A stretch of DNA of 64,000 nucleotides from Amoebophrya sp. A120 (taxonomy: Eukaryota > Protista > Dinoflagellata). A program made the translations under genes and the position numbers. The notes beneath the pieces are model-generated. The model was not told the DNA's origin, did no database searches, and worked only from the letters and a program-made list of their open reading frames with translations. Shown one piece after another: positions 1 through 13,400 of the stretch; position 1 is the first letter of the stretch; each line of letters starts with the position of its first letter. The DNA lies in the NCBI GenBank assembly GCA_905178155.1, contig CAJINV010000004.1, positions 6,640,933 to 6,704,932 of the forward strand. Reading direction: 5' to 3'.

Positions 1-236
1 ACGTGTGTTGCAGAGCAGGCAAGTGAGGCCGATTGTAAGCCTGTTTGGGGTTACAGCTCGAGCTGCTAAAGTAGCATGAGAAAATCGCTCTTCTTTGCCT
101 AAACAGCATGACAGAGTGGATTTAGGGACCGCCGAAATTTGTCTTGCACCACTTCCAAACTGGGTTCCAACTGGCATCCATTTTATGCATGACAAATTAT
201 TTCAACTTTGTAGATTTCAACTCTGACACATCCATA
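1..236. mobile_element. Introner family C (partial, right end only)
   Basis: Ends ATTTCAACTTTGTAGATTTCAACTCTGACACATCCATA like 45232-45539; left end outside window. Confidence 0.85.
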
Positions 237-2441
237 ACAAAGTTGAGACCTACTTGTCGCTTCGCGTGCAGCTTGCGGATGCGGTCGCGCAGCACCGTCT
301 GCGCGACCTCCCGCCCGGCAGTCTGTACGCGTTTCCGGTGCGCAACTTCCGGGAGCTGGCGACCGCGCACCGGTTCGTGGAGCTCACCTCGGCGGCGAAG
401 GACTCGGTCGGATCGCACATGAACCCGGCCAAGGACGACCACGGCATGCAGGCCTTCGCGTGCTGGTTGACGCGGGCAGCGGAGGGAAAGGGCGGCTGCG
501 TGGTCGAACTGCGGGCCGAGGCCGAGAAGATGGAGGGGTACCTGAAAAACGGGCTGTCGGGGGCGGAACCGACCAAGGACTCGGTGCAGCTGCTCAAACT
601 GATCCACAACACTCTCGGGAAAAGAAGTCCGGTTGGTGCTACTGCTACAACAACTGCGCTACAAGCAAAATCCTCGGCTCCTGTTGCGCTCCTCTCGTCC
701 GAAGAAATCGAAAACGAGACCCCCGCCTTGTGGGCGCGAACCGCGTCGCACTTCTACCAAACGGCCAAGACCACGGACACGGACAAGGTATGCAAGAAAA
801 AAACTACGTGAGTGTAAATCTGTGATGCAGAAAGTGCAAAACTGTGACACTTGTCATGCTGTGTCTGCGTCATACGCTACTTTCATACGTGTTTCCACGT
901 ATAGCTGCGCATGACAGATTTTCCCTGCAATGCAACGCTAATTTGTGATGCTGCTCTTCCTACACAGTTATTCTTACACAGTTTTTTTCCTGGATACAAG
1001 GTGACGTCCCACCAGTACCACAACCTGTACGGCAAGTACCTCCCACAGAAGCTTTCCGATACTGTATTGTGAGGAAAAATCCCCCCTCCCCATATCGAAA
1101 GCGGAATTTGTGTTGCTGTATTTGAGTACACAAATCACATCTGTCTTGCTAGAGAGGACTGCAGACCCATATCAAGCCTGAGCGGAGATGCTTTGACTTA
1201 GGCGCTTAGCATGAGAAGCGTCCGTGATGCTGGCTCACCAGCATGACAAACCGCCTCCATAATGGGACGGAAGCTGCTGCCCTTGTCTTCTTGCAACACA
1301 AACGTGATTTGTGACCTCAAATCAGCAACAACGACGGCTGGCCTACGGATATTAGGTGGAAAACAGGCTCAAATCAGCAACACAAATTTTCGAAAACCTA
1401 CCTCTTCAATATGGGGAGGGGGGATTTTTCCTTGCGATATACTGCCAAAACCGCCAAGCCGCTGTTCGAGATCGGACTCGGGTGCAACATGGGGTACGGG
1501 CCGGGGGCCTCCGCGCAGCTCTGGCAAAAGCTCGGGTGGAAGGACGTGCACTTCATGGAGATGGACCGGGCCTGCCTGGAGAACTGGAAGGAGAAGGTCA
1601 CCCAGGGGGGCTACCAGGTGCACGTCGGCGACCAGGAGGCGAGCGCGGCGCTGGAGGAGGTCAAGGCCAACCTGGACTTCGAGGTGGAGGTGGTTGTGGA
1701 CGACGGCGGGCACTGGAACAAGCAAATTCTCACCTCCTTCTACACCCTGTGGCCGATCGTGCGCAACGGCGGGTTTTACTTCGTCGAGGACTGGGCGGAA
1801 GTTGCCTACTTATCCTGTGCAAAAGTATCGTAATCGTACTAATCGCCGTCTTGCATGACAGATCCAGCAAGTAAGGTAAACCAGCATTACAAATTGCATT
1901 TTTTCTCTTGAAAAAATTTGTCTTGCAATTTATACTAGTGCGATGCTTTTCCTTTTGCATTGCATACTACTACACCGGCTACTACGACGCCCCGAAAAAC
2001 GGCGTCGCGCGGCCGGGCGACGTATCAAATGCAAAAATGTCTGGGTCTGGAAACTTGTGATGCTGCGTTGGGATGAATAGGGAATGCTCTGCAATGCACA
2101 GCCAAGCATGAGAAATATCTGCGCTTCTTTGTGTTGCGCTTTTTGCACGACAAACTACGTTTTTGCATGACAGGCAAAAGGGTCTCTTCTTGGACACGCA
2201 TCGCAAACTTTTTGGTCATCCCAGACAAGCATGACAAATCTCGCAGTCTTCCAGACCCAGACACTTTTGCATTTGATACGACGAGAAACCGGGCACCTTC
2301 CAGTGGGAGATCGGCATGATGCTGCGCCACCTGTTCTGCAAACCGCTGAAGACGCCCTGCTACGGCAACTTTGCCTTCGTCGAGACGCAGTTCAGCCACG
2401 TGCTGTTTCGGAAGGGCGGGGAGGAGACGGAGGGGTTGTGA
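237..2441 (+). CDS. SAM-dependent methyltransferase-like protein (TDK..H.Y / EIGLG / DDGGH type), 5' part outside window; 5 introners
   Basis: Exons <242-788, 1002-1064, 1445-1810, 1972-2022, 2284-2441 join in frame after removing each element plus one TSD. Spliced protein reads TDTDKVTSHQYHNLYGKYL...LFEIGLGCNMGYGPGASAQLW...VHVGDQ...VVVDDGGHWNKQILTSFYTLWPIVRNGGFYFVED, typical of MycE-like class I methyltransferases. TGA at 2439-2441. Confidence 0.8.
789..996. mobile_element. Introner family I
   Basis: TIR TATGCAAGAAAAAAAC/GTTTTTTTCCTGGATA; TSD CAAGG/CAAGG; readable as GT-AG (788-1000). Confidence 0.88.
1065..1439. mobile_element. Introner family B
   Basis: TIR TATTGTGAGGAAAAATCCCCCCTCCCCATAT/ATATGGGGAGGGGGGATTTTTCCTTGCGATA; TSD TACTG/TACTG. 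Confidence 0.9.
1811..1966. mobile_element. Introner family D
   Basis: TIR TATCCTGTGCAAAAGTATCGTA/...TTTTGCATTGCATA; TSD CTACT/CTACT. Confidence 0.88.
2023..2278. mobile_element. Introner family A
   Basis: TIR TATCAAATGCAAAAATGTCTGGGTCTGGAA/TTCCAGACCCAGACACTTTTGCATTTGATA; TSD CGACG/CGACG. Confidence 0.93.
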
Positions 2442-3867
2442 GACGGAAGAGCTTACTTCTGCTTCTGCTGCAGCCTTCGAATCGGATTTTTTACGGGATT
2501 CGGTTGCTGTTCGGACCAGTATCAAATTCTGAGCTTTGAGAACTGCAACTGCCTCACGTTATATCGATTTGACATTTCTAGAACGAGATTGGAGTTTAGA
2601 GTTACGTGATATGTACAATTATCGCCCCCAAAAGTTTTCGCAATTAATGATTTCAAGTAAGAATAAAAGTAGTTTCCGAGAAGTAAATAAAAAAATCAAA
2701 ATGCGCTCTGTGTCTGTTGCTGGAATATCTGATAAAAGTAAACCAAAGAACGAACGCGGAGTCAAGTTAGTGTACAAACGAATTTTGACGTTCTTCTTCT
2801 TGCTCTGTTTACTGCATTGTATCGAAAGATGGAGGTTGTAGTGATAACCCCTGTAAGAGTAACCCCGTACTTGTCGCCCTCTCCCTTTGTCTGACACTAC
2901 AAGCGAAAAGCTAGACCACGGAAGTATGTTGAATCTGTACGCTGACCGTGCTTGCTAGATGAAGACAACGTAGGTAATAGTACTTTGCGATTGCGTTTGC
3001 GACGGCCTCTAACAAGTAAAGGTCTGCAACAACTGTTTCTGTGGCTGAAAATATTTGTCGCCGAGGGAAATTTGTGTCGTGAGAGGAAATAGAATTCAAA
3101 AACGGGAAAAGTCGGTATTGGTCATCACTCAAAGTCTGTATTCGTCAATTCGCAAATTTTTTTGGAACATCATCTCAAGGTTCGGTCGAGTGTATTGTTT
3201 TGGTACTTACAGGAAGCGGATTTTTGTTTTCGTTGCTCGCAAAAAGCAGTTAAGAGTGCTCGGGCCTTTGTTCTCGGTCAACATCTGTGCGAGAGTAAGA
3301 GTCAGCGCAACCGCATGAGGAAGTGCTAAGCTCGGGTTGTAGGCCTCGTCTCCCTGTTGCCAAATAAAGCAAATTTTCGCGATTTCGAGCAGTGCTAGTA
3401 CCCAATGAAAGTATCGCCCCCCAGTTTAGTATAAGTACTTTATCTTTTTTCAATCTACGATACGCGATAGTCTGTTTCTGGTCTTGCGGACAACTCCTTG
3501 TACAGTGAAGTGAGTTGTTTTCCGATAGGTCGGCAGCACAAGGATAAGATGATGCCGGTTATGAATTCATCGTCATGAAGATATTTGCCTGATATTGAAT
3601 CTTGTTGCAGGGAGCCCCTGGTTGACGTTTTGATAAAGTACAACTCATTTGGTAAAATTTAATTTCAAAAACACAAATAGGAGCTCGCTGCTCGCTGCGA
3701 GAAAACCAGCAGATTCGTGTGTAACTAAAGTCTTTTTTTTCATCAACACCTGATTTTGTTCTCTTTGCCCTGTATCTGAGGACCGGACTGTTCCAAACAG
3801 AACACGGGGCGGAAACTAAGGCGATAAAAGTTTTCCTAGACCCCAACTTTCCTCCTCGACGATCAAC

Positions 3868-6059
3868 ATGTCCTCCCCAACAACTCCCATCCCGCCGATG
3901 TTGAAGAGTGTAGCAGCCGGGAGGAGCACTTCCACCTCCTCCCGCAGCCTCCAGGATGCCATGCGAGAACTGTGTGACGCGGTAGCGAGCGAATTCCAGC
4001 TGGAGCCCGCCGCTGTGCGACGTCTCGCTGCCCTGGAGAAGCGGATCTCGAGCAACATGAATTTAGCTGCGCAGGGGGAAAACGGCGAGGACGAGGAGGA
4101 GGAGGAGGAAAATGAAACGAACAAAACCGAGTACGTGTCCGTCACGAACGTGGTCAAACTCCCGGAGGTATCAACTGCAAAAATGTCTGGGTCTGGAAAT
4201 TTGTAATGCTGCGTTGGGAAAAATAGTGAATGCTCTGTAATGCACAGGCAAGCACGAGAAATATCTGCGCTTCTTTGTGTTGCGTTTTTCGCATGACAAA
4301 CTGCGTTTTTGCATGACAGGCAAAAGGGTCTCTTCTTGGACACGCATCACAAACTTTTTGGTCATGCCAGACCAGCATGACAAATCTCAATCAAAATCTT
4401 CCAGACCCAGGCGCTTTTGCATTTGATAGCAGGGCAAGCAGCTGCAGGACCTCACCCTGGACGACCTCGCCAAGGCCATTCAGGACCGACGGGAAGAGCT
4501 TGCCCGGGCGAACAAGCTGCGTGGTGCGACGAGTGAGGACGTGCAGGAGCAAGACCTGCTTGCAGCTGAAGGCACCACTACGGAAGATAGCATGAAGGCC
4601 GTGCCGTTCCTGCTCCGCTTCTGTCTCGGAGAGTTTCACTACGGCCAGCGGGCGACGAAGATGTTGCCGGGGCAAAAGGAAATGCTGGGGCAGATGGGAA
4701 CAAATAACGGTAACCAGGCGAACGAAAATTATACTGGCTATGGCAGCTCAGCCGCTTCATCGCCAAACAACACGCCGATGGGAATAAATACTAGTAGTGG
4801 AGGAACTACAACAGCTGGCGGCGGACAGTTTCCAGGCGGCGGGGCAAAGAACAAAAACTCTACTAATGATAGCTCCTCCCTCAACCCCGACGCAGTCATA
4901 CAGCAGCCCAGTACGAGCCGCGTCACCACAGCCTCAACCTCTGAATTGGAAAAACAGGAATCTACGACGGTGCAGGAGTCGGAGCACTCCGACACCACAG
5001 TATCCACTTCCGCACCCAGCTCTGCAACGTCGACGCTCGGCGGTGCGAATCGTGGTGACAATACCAAGGCAGATGTGAAGACGGTGTTGCAGCAGCAGGT
5101 GAATCATGTTGATCCCGCGCCAGCTACTTCTAACCAAGAAATAAATACCACAGCTACAACAACTTCCTCCCATTCCGACGCGGTGTCCGCGGCTTTTGAC
5201 TGCCTCGCCCGGGAGGCGAAGTTCAGTCACTTGCACCAGGTGGCCGGGTGGGTGGATCTGGACGACAAGAAAATCTGGGATGACTACGTGATCGACACCA
5301 TGCAGGGCAAAGTCCTCCCCGGCGACCGGGTTTTTGAGGCGGGGTGCGGGGTGCTCGCTTTTTTGCGGTCCCTGCAGGAATCCGTGCCCGGGCCGGTTAC
5401 CATCGGTGGAGTGGACGGGGCGAAGAAGACCATCGAGTTGGTCCGCTCGGACTTGGCGCCGGTGGAGGACCGGGTATAAAGATTTATGATATCTTTATGT
5501 GAATAAAAATTTTGGTAACTGCTACGTACTGCACTGACACGACTTCGAATGCAATTTAGATTTGATCAACGCATGACAAACGGCTTCTCGTAACTAAGGG
5601 GGTTCTGCATCACAAAAAACATTCCGCACACACGACAACACATCAAAACTACAGGACAACTTTTCCGTCGGTCTCCTCCCGGATGCGCTGACGCAGTTTG
5701 AAGAAAACTCCTGGGACGTGGTGGTCTGCAACTCGGTGTTTCAGTACCTTGCCGACAAGGACCAGGCCAAGCGCGCGGTGGACAACATGCTCCGGATGGC
5801 CAGGAAGTGGGTCATCATTGCGGATGTACTGGATGCGAAGTACCACGACCAGTCGAACGCCAGGATTGCCCAGATGGAATGGACCAAGGGCGTCCCGGAG
5901 TACCGGTCCTATGAGAAGAAGTGGTGGGAAGACAACTTCGACTACATTGGGTCGGGGAATTTGGTTTCTATTCGCCATGTCGAGTGCCCGCACTACGCGC
6001 GGCGAAAGGAACGGTACGTCGTCTACATCGAGAAAAACGCGCCGGTGCTGGTGGCTTGA
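3868..6059 (+). CDS. Protein with C-terminal class I SAM-dependent methyltransferase domain (~581 aa)
   Basis: Exons 3868-4167, 4433-5473, 5655-6059 (1746 nt). Motifs RVFEAGCGVLAFL, GGVDG, WDVVVCNSVFQYL, WVIIADV. One introner and one GT-AG intron (5474-5654). Start codon is inferred. Confidence 0.78.
4169..4428. mobile_element. Introner family A
   Basis: Family A TIRs; TSD GGAGG/GCAGG; readable as GT-CAG (4168-4432); close copy of 2023-2278. Confidence 0.92.
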
Positions 6060-7880
6060 GGTGGAAATAGGGTTCATCTGGAGAAGTGGGATTTGACGAG
6101 ATCGCCAGTTGACCGTACAACTGGTAACACTCCACTGTTTTGTTCTTTCTGGAACTGTAGACTGAAACGTATAGTTAGATTTCAAAAATTTCCGTTTTTT
6201 TTTTTTGCTCCTACAGCGATCAGTTTTTTGTAAAAATGTGGGTACTCGCAATTCTTTTTTTTTGTCCGCAGCATTGTCTCGTTCTCGCGACAACTGCTCG
6301 AGATTGGTCTACCGTTTTGCGGGCAAGTACTAGGAGGTAGATGTTTCTGTGCAAATTGAAAACTTGTGGTCGCAACAATTCTTTATTTAGACGACTTTCA
6401 GACTCCAGTCTCCAGAAGTTTTAGTCTTACGAGAGGTAGGAAAGTTCTGTTGCCTACAAGAAATTGTCAAAGAAATGATAATGAACAACACGCTATAGCG
6501 TTACACAGATGCGCAGCAAGACTGAGATACATAGATTGATGCCCATGCTAAAAATCCTAGTAGAGCTAATATGGCTACCTGTGAAAAAACTTTGTGTATA
6601 ATGCTCTGCCAACACCAACTCTAAGTCTAACATGATGTTTCGTTTGCGTCCGCCAGACAGGTAAGGATAGGACATAGTTCTCAAAACCCTCTTAGCCATT
6701 TTGCTTTTATTGTAGTCTGCTGCGAGCACCTTGCTATGCTGCGTATAGCATCCGCATTCGCAAAGACTGCGCTACACAGCACGCGAGAGGAAGCAAGTAA
6801 CCCATCGCATATCGTCCATAACATTCTTCTTGTGCACAGAATTTTGTCGCGCATTTTATTTCTGACAAGGTAAAACCTAAACAACATCGCCATTCGTAAC
6901 TACAATCTGTGTGTGTATGATAATGAGAAAGACAGGCGTGTTTGTAGTTGTAGTCACAGCTACTGCAAAATGCTAAGCATGACTGGAAATAGAAGGCATG
7001 GACGCAGCAGTGGCTCTCTGAAAAAATCAAGATCCGCCTACCGAGCGGAATCATGAAAGAAAAATAAGCATACTACTTCAAAGTCTACATCCACAAAAAA
7101 GGCGACGCGAGCTCTACCCTCGCATTGTTTTTTTTCCCCATTTGACAGAAACGAAACACGAACTCATACTCAGACTTACTCCAACATCCCTGGACGAGAT
7201 GCGAGCTTTTTCAAGTTTTTTCTTCCTGACAAAATGAAAATAGACGGAGGTTACCGTAGCTGAGAGTGTCTACAACAACGAACTACCTTACTATCGTCGT
7301 AAAAGTGTTCAATCTGAAGCGTTGAAGTCTGGTGCTCTCTTGCCCGCGGCAGATGTGCACCCGTTGTTTCTTTTGTCTTTCACATGACTATGTCATTTAA
7401 CATTTTCCCGTTCTCACGTCACCGACGAGCAGACAAGATTACCTACTACATGCAGCAGCGCTAGCGTTTATTGGAATCTTATGAAGATCAATTTTGTTTG
7501 AAACGAGATCAAGTGCGGTAGAAGTAGAACATTATATTTTGATTGCTCGTTGTGACGGTTTGGGTTTCCGAAAGAATTCTCACAGCGAAAAAAAACATTT
7601 ATGGGGTCAACGAGAAAACGCTTTTTTTGGAAATGAACCATTAGGGAACGCAGTTGTACAAGGAGAAAAGAACAACGTCTAAAGTTTCCGATAACTCATC
7701 GGTGCTTTGGAGGAAAAACGACGGAATACAAAAATCTGTGTGAATAAGCGAAGGCACGACCTTGGGAAAGAGAAGTTTAAAGTCGAAAGCAACACGAAGT
7801 ACTATCTTCTACGCCAAAAAGAACGACTCTATCTCAATTCTGCCTTTAAGCTCTTTTCCAAAAAGAACATCAAACCAAAA

Positions 7881-9078
7881 ATGGCCGCGACGACCCGTTG
7901 GGAGCAACAGCACGACCGCGACACGGGTCGCGAACCCTGCCCCGACCGCATCGTGGAAGACCTGGGGGGCGCGTTCGGCATGGGTTGCGTTGGCGGGTTT
8001 CTGTGGCACTTCGTCCGCGGGGCGCGGAACTCGCCGAAGGGGGAGCGGCTCGCCGGCGCGCTGTACCACGGGAAGTCGCGGGCGCCCATTCTGGGCGGCA
8101 ACTTCGCGGTGTGGGGTGGCTGTTTCGCGACCTGTGACTGCACCCTGCAGTACATTCGCCGGACCGACGACTCCTGGAACAGCATCATGTCCGGGTTCCT
8201 GACCGGCGGCATCCTCGCGGCCCGCGCGGGCTGGAAGCAGGCGGGCAAGAACGCGGTGGTGGGCGGAGTGATCCTCACCTGCATCGAGGGCGTGTCCGCG
8301 TTGCTGATGCGGTCCTACCAGAAGACCCCCCGGGAACAGGCCCTGGAGATGATCGAGTACGAGAAACAGTACGGACCGCCGCCGGGCACGCCGGGAGCAG
8401 AGGGTGGAGCAGCGGGAGGAGGTACCGGGATGAACATGGCCAGCATGATGTCGGGAATGTTCGGTGGGCAATCCGCCGCGGGGGGAGGTGAAAATAACGC
8501 AGCGGACGGTGGTGGTGAGCAGTCCTGGTTTTCCCAAGCGATCTATCGAATGCAAATATGTATGGGTCTGGAAGAATGCAAACTTCTCATGCATATTTTC
8601 CATGCCCCATGAGATTTGGAATACAGGACCTAGCATGACAGGTTCTGCGACGTCTCTATCATCCCTATCCTGCATGACAGACTGCCTCTAAACTTGTTCA
8701 AAAGAGGACAGCTTTTGGTAGTCATGCAACACAAATTTTTGTACGATCCAGAGAGACGTAGCACGACAAGTTCGTGTCCTCCCAGACCCAGACATATTTG
8801 CAATGCATACGATCAGCGGCGCCTCGTCTTCCAGTTCCAGCGACGGCAACATCAGTACTGGTGATGGAACTACTACCATGATGCCGGCAATGGACAACGG
8901 GATGCAAGCTTCAAGTGGTGCTTCTGCCTCCTCATCTTTCTTCCCCACCGAATCCTCCCTGTCCTTCGAGGGCGGCTTGATTCCAGAAGGGCTGAGCAGC
9001 GCCGGGGCGGCCGCCGCACACGACTCCACGACGTCGTCGAAGCCTTCCGGGTCCTGGTTCCGCTTGCCAAGACGGTGA
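7881..9078 (+). CDS. TIM17: Mitochondrial inner membrane translocase subunit Tim17 with long Gly/Ser-rich C-terminal tail (~308 aa)
   Basis: REPCPDRIVEDLGGAFGMGCVGGFLWHFVRGARNSPKGERL...RAPILGGNFAVWGGCFATCDCTLQYIRRTDDSWNSIMSGFLTGGILAARAG is the Tim17 signature. Exons 7881-8543 and 8815-9078. Confidence 0.93.
8544..8809. mobile_element. Introner family A
   Basis: Family A TIRs; TSD CGATC/CGATC; in Tim17. Confidence 0.92.
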
Positions 9079-10477
9079 TTCTAATGGGGGACAGTTTTGA
9101 GTCAGGGTTTTTTCACCACGTAGCAAAGACACGCTTGTTCGAAAAAGACGACTTTTACCTACATCAACAACGGCGACCGACAAAAGTTCTTGAATCAGCA
9201 GTAATAAATAGAATCGGGGCAGCACAGTGGTCTACTTTTAGACGACAGTAGAAAACGAAAAACTAGCGACATGACGGAACTTTCTCTCGACACCTGAAAC
9301 AAGAAATGCAGTAGAGACCACCATTCTTCGTCCACCTCATCGGAGCTACATTTTCACTTTCACTAAAAACGTACACGGTTCTTCGTGATCACAAACGGAC
9401 GACGGAGACGGCGGATCATCCACGAGGACAATAACTTCAAGTACCGCCCATGCCCAACCAGCTCTTCTCTTCATCTGCTTCGACCTAGCAGGCTTTCTTG
9501 AGTGGCAACAGCAAAAATGAGAATCTTCTGGGGCGCACGACGGCGATTGGTTCTTCATGGGCAGGAGCTAGTGACACACTTCTTTTAAAAGCTCCTGCTC
9601 TACTCCAGAGTAGACGACACATTTGGACGAGTTGCGGCGGAACAGATCTGAAAAAATATCACCTGCTGTTCTTGTTGTATTGCATGCAAAATCTGCATCA
9701 TCTGCTGTCATGACGAAAGAACGAATGACCTCTACTTCTTGTGACCTTCTTTTTTTGTGTGTGTTTTGGGAAAAAATAGAAAATAGAATCGGCCAAAAGG
9801 AAGTGCCCTTCTTTCCTTCAGACCCGAGATGGTGTGGCGACGGGTGCAGGAGTAGTCCTTTCTGCGGCTCGCCTCCAGTGTGGTTTACCTGTTCTTTTGA
9901 GTATCTGTTCTATTGCAGTGGTCGAGAGATGACGAACTACAACTTCTACACGACGCATATTATTCTACTTACTTTCATGGTTCATCTAGTATCTCTATCT
10001 TCACGCTTTGGACACACAATGCAGTTCTTTTCGTCAAGACCAGGTACAATACCATGGACTTTACTTCTTCTCCGGCTTTACGTAGTTGGTAAATGTCATT
10101 TTGACCAAAGCAACATCTCGTAATATTGTCATTGTGACGAAAGAAGTAACAAATGAGAGAGGCACGACCGTGTGTTTGTGTGTGTGTGAGCGGAAGTAAT
10201 AGACCCACGCTGCCGGTGTGGCGGTGTGTGCATTTTGTGTATGTATTCTTCAGACATCACGAACACTATAGTGACAGTCGAGCAGTTTGGACAATCACAA
10301 TATTTTATCTCTTTCGTTTTCCTGTGCGTTGTTCCTGAATTATTTGCAATTCAGTGTAGCAAAGAATCAGTCCTCTGTCAGTTTTATTTCGGGGGTTTTC
10401 CTACTTCCGAGACCGAGTGTTTCCTGTCTGCGTGCAACTCTTCCTATCTGTAAATCGATCCTCATCCTCGTCAAGAT

Positions 10478-13400
10478 ATGGCCACTTCCACACCGAATGT
10501 CAACGCACGGTGTCAGTCGCGCGGCTCCGCATTTGTGACCGGCGCTGCCGGTATTGTAAGGAAAAACCCCCCCTCCCCATGTTTGTGTTGCTGTATTTGA
10601 GTACACAAATCGACTTGTATTGCTCGAAGGCCAAGAGACGCAGTTGCCCCCTCGTTTGTTGGTAATTTGTCATTCTGTTTCCCGTTTCCAGTTGCTTCCT
10701 GTCATGCTGAAGACGCTAGGCTTTCCTACGCCAGCCAGCACTACAGTACGCATCTCTTTCCCCTCTAGCATGACAAAAGGATTTGTGGTCGCAAATCATG
10801 CTACACAAATCTCCGGTTTAGTATGGGGAGGGGGGATTTTTCCTTTTGATAGCCGGCCGTGCGACCCAGATGGTGCCGATGATGACCCGGCCGACGATAT
10901 CATATGTAAAAGCGTTCCCACCCCATAGTCAAGTTGGGAACTTGGCAACACAAATCCAGAAGTTTTGGGAGCCATGCATGACAAGTTGCCGTCCGTATTG
11001 TAGTGCAGGTTAGCAACGGAAACCGCATCACAAATCCATCTGCTCATCCTGTTTTCAGCATTACAAATATCAAAACACGATTCAAAATGCCTCTCTTGGG
11101 TCTGCGCATTACAAATGTTCCTGCAGTCGCAAATCTGCATGACAAGGACAACTCTGGGGTGGGGACGTTTTTACTCAGGATAGACGATGCTGCTGCAGCC
11201 CAGTGGCCACGCTCAAGAAGAGCACGACCGATTGCAAGACATAGCCGAGAGCGAGATCGACGGAATAAACGAGAACGCGGTCGCTTCTTCTAGCGGAGGA
11301 GACAACATGGTCGACGTGTATCATCAAGCACAGCACTCCGCCGGAGGTGTGAATCGAATTCGAAACAGTGTCGTTGAGCAGGTTGGAATCAGTGATTCGG
11401 ACGCCCAGGTGGACGAGAGTTCCAGCGATGAGGACTCTGACGAAGACGACTCTAGCAGTGGCAGCGGGACGTCATCCGACTCGGAAGAGGGGGAAGCTGA
11501 GGAACAGAACGCTAATTGTATCGGCGCAGAAGTAAAAAACCTAAACCTCCATAACCAGCCGGACGACCATGATCAGCACGAAAAAATTTACGAACATATT
11601 CACGCCGGCGCAAACACCCCGGAGCACAACGAGCGGCCCCGGAGCGCCAGTCCGCCGCCGGAGCGGACGCCGTATGGATTGCAAATATGTCTGGGTCTGG
11701 AAGATTCTGGGACTTGTCATGCACATTTTGCACGAGGCGGGATGTCTGTGATGCATGCCCTAGCATCTCAGTTTTTTTGAGGGCTTCTTGATGCCTATGA
11801 CGCATGACAAATACCCTCTCCGCGTAGAAAAAATTACGTTCCCTTTGCTGCTCATGCAATGCAGATTTTTTTGGAATCCCAATGCAGCATCACAAGTTGC
11901 AATCTCCCAGACCTAGACATATTTGCAATCCATACACCGGACTGTCCCACGATTCTCGCGGCCGCTCAAGAGGAGATCGACCGCGAAATGGCGGTATCAA
12001 ATGCAAATATGTCTGGGTCTGGAAAAGCGGAGCTTGTGTTGCGTGTCTACCATTCCTGAAAAATTTGTGTTGCATAACCAGCAAAAGCGTTGCATTTTTG
12101 TCATGCAAAGACGCAGTTTGTCTTTGTCATGCGTGCTACGCATCAGACGGCGTCAAATAAACTTGTCATGCTTGGCTGCACTTGAAAGCACCAGGTTTAT
12201 CCATACTTTAGCATCACAAGTTCTTTCCAGACCCAGACATAGTTGGATTTGATAGGCGGCCGTCGAGCAGGAGGTCGCCGCTCTGGTCGACCAGGAGTTT
12301 CTGATGCGGGAGACGGATATCAAATGTAAAAGTGTCTGGGTCTGGAAGAATGCAACTTGTGATGCTGCATTTGGATTCCAGAAAAATCTGTATTGCATGA
12401 GTACCAAAAGGAATGTAATTGTTGCTACGCGGAGAGGGCATTTGTCATGCGGAATAGGCATCAAGAAGCTCTCAAAAAATCTGTGATGCTAGGGCATGCA
12501 TCACAGACATCAGGGCTCATGCATAACGTGCATGACAAGTGTCAGAATCTTCCAGACCCAGACATTTTTACATTTGATAACGGAGCAGAAACTCGAATCG
12601 CCGCCGGAGCTGCAACCGCAGGTCCTTCTGGAGCCGCAGGTGTTGGGTGAGGGGCTGATGATCTTGGCCGAAAGTGGAACGGCGCAGCAGGACGGTGGAG
12701 GTGGGAACAATATTAAAACTGCGGGTTCTAGTACTACTGCTGCAGGAGACGAGACTAGAGCTAATGGCGCAGCAGGAGCCTCAGCGGCAGCGAACGCTGC
12801 AACGAACCATTTGTCGACGATCATGGAGACCAGCAGGTTATCGCAGTCCGAGAGCGGAACACCGGCTAGCAGCACCGTGAAGGCGCTGGCCGCCCGGTTC
12901 GAGGCCCGAAACCCGCAGACCACCGCCCTGGTGCGCGGACCGTCTTCAACTGCGTCGGGCGTTTCGGCGGCTACGGTGGGTGCGAGTGAGGCAGGGATGA
13001 ACAATAATGCCAGAGGTCCTCCTCGTGGGGCTGCAGCAATTATCCAGCCGCACTCGAAACCGGGAGCCACGATTCCCAATACCAGCGACGTGAGTATGGC
13101 GTTCTCAGCTGTTACATTCTCAAGTCTTACATGAATTTGTGACGCTAGAATGGTAACAGTCAAAGGGGCAAGGTTTCTGCTTTCGCATCACAGCTTTGGC
13201 ACAGATTTCGATGCTGTTTAGCCTCTCGGAGATTTGTCATGCGAAGCAGCTTGATCATCTCGCGGCCTAAGGTAGTCTTGCATGGCAAACTTATGTGACA
13301 GTTGAAAATGTAACATTTGAGAACTCCATAGTGAAGACGCCGGTGGTTCCGCCGCGCACCGTCGGAGGCCGGGCGACCACGCCGGAGGTGAAGGGGCGAA

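Noticed and set aside
237-6059. Two adjacent methyltransferase genes as a tandem duplication or biosynthetic cluster
   Set aside because: They have different motif sets and no visible sequence similarity; nothing else nearby supports a pathway.
6693-6703. TAGCCATTTTG, an 11-nt match to the dinoflagellate spliced leader core
   Set aside because: Flanks do not match (no CCG before, no GCTCAAG after) and it is about 1.2 kb from the next start codon; compatible with chance.
11673-12579. Regularly spaced ~30-bp repeats resembling a CRISPR array
   Set aside because: Repeats alternate in orientation (TIR pairs), the spacers are element interiors and in-frame exons, there are no cas genes and the context is eukaryotic.
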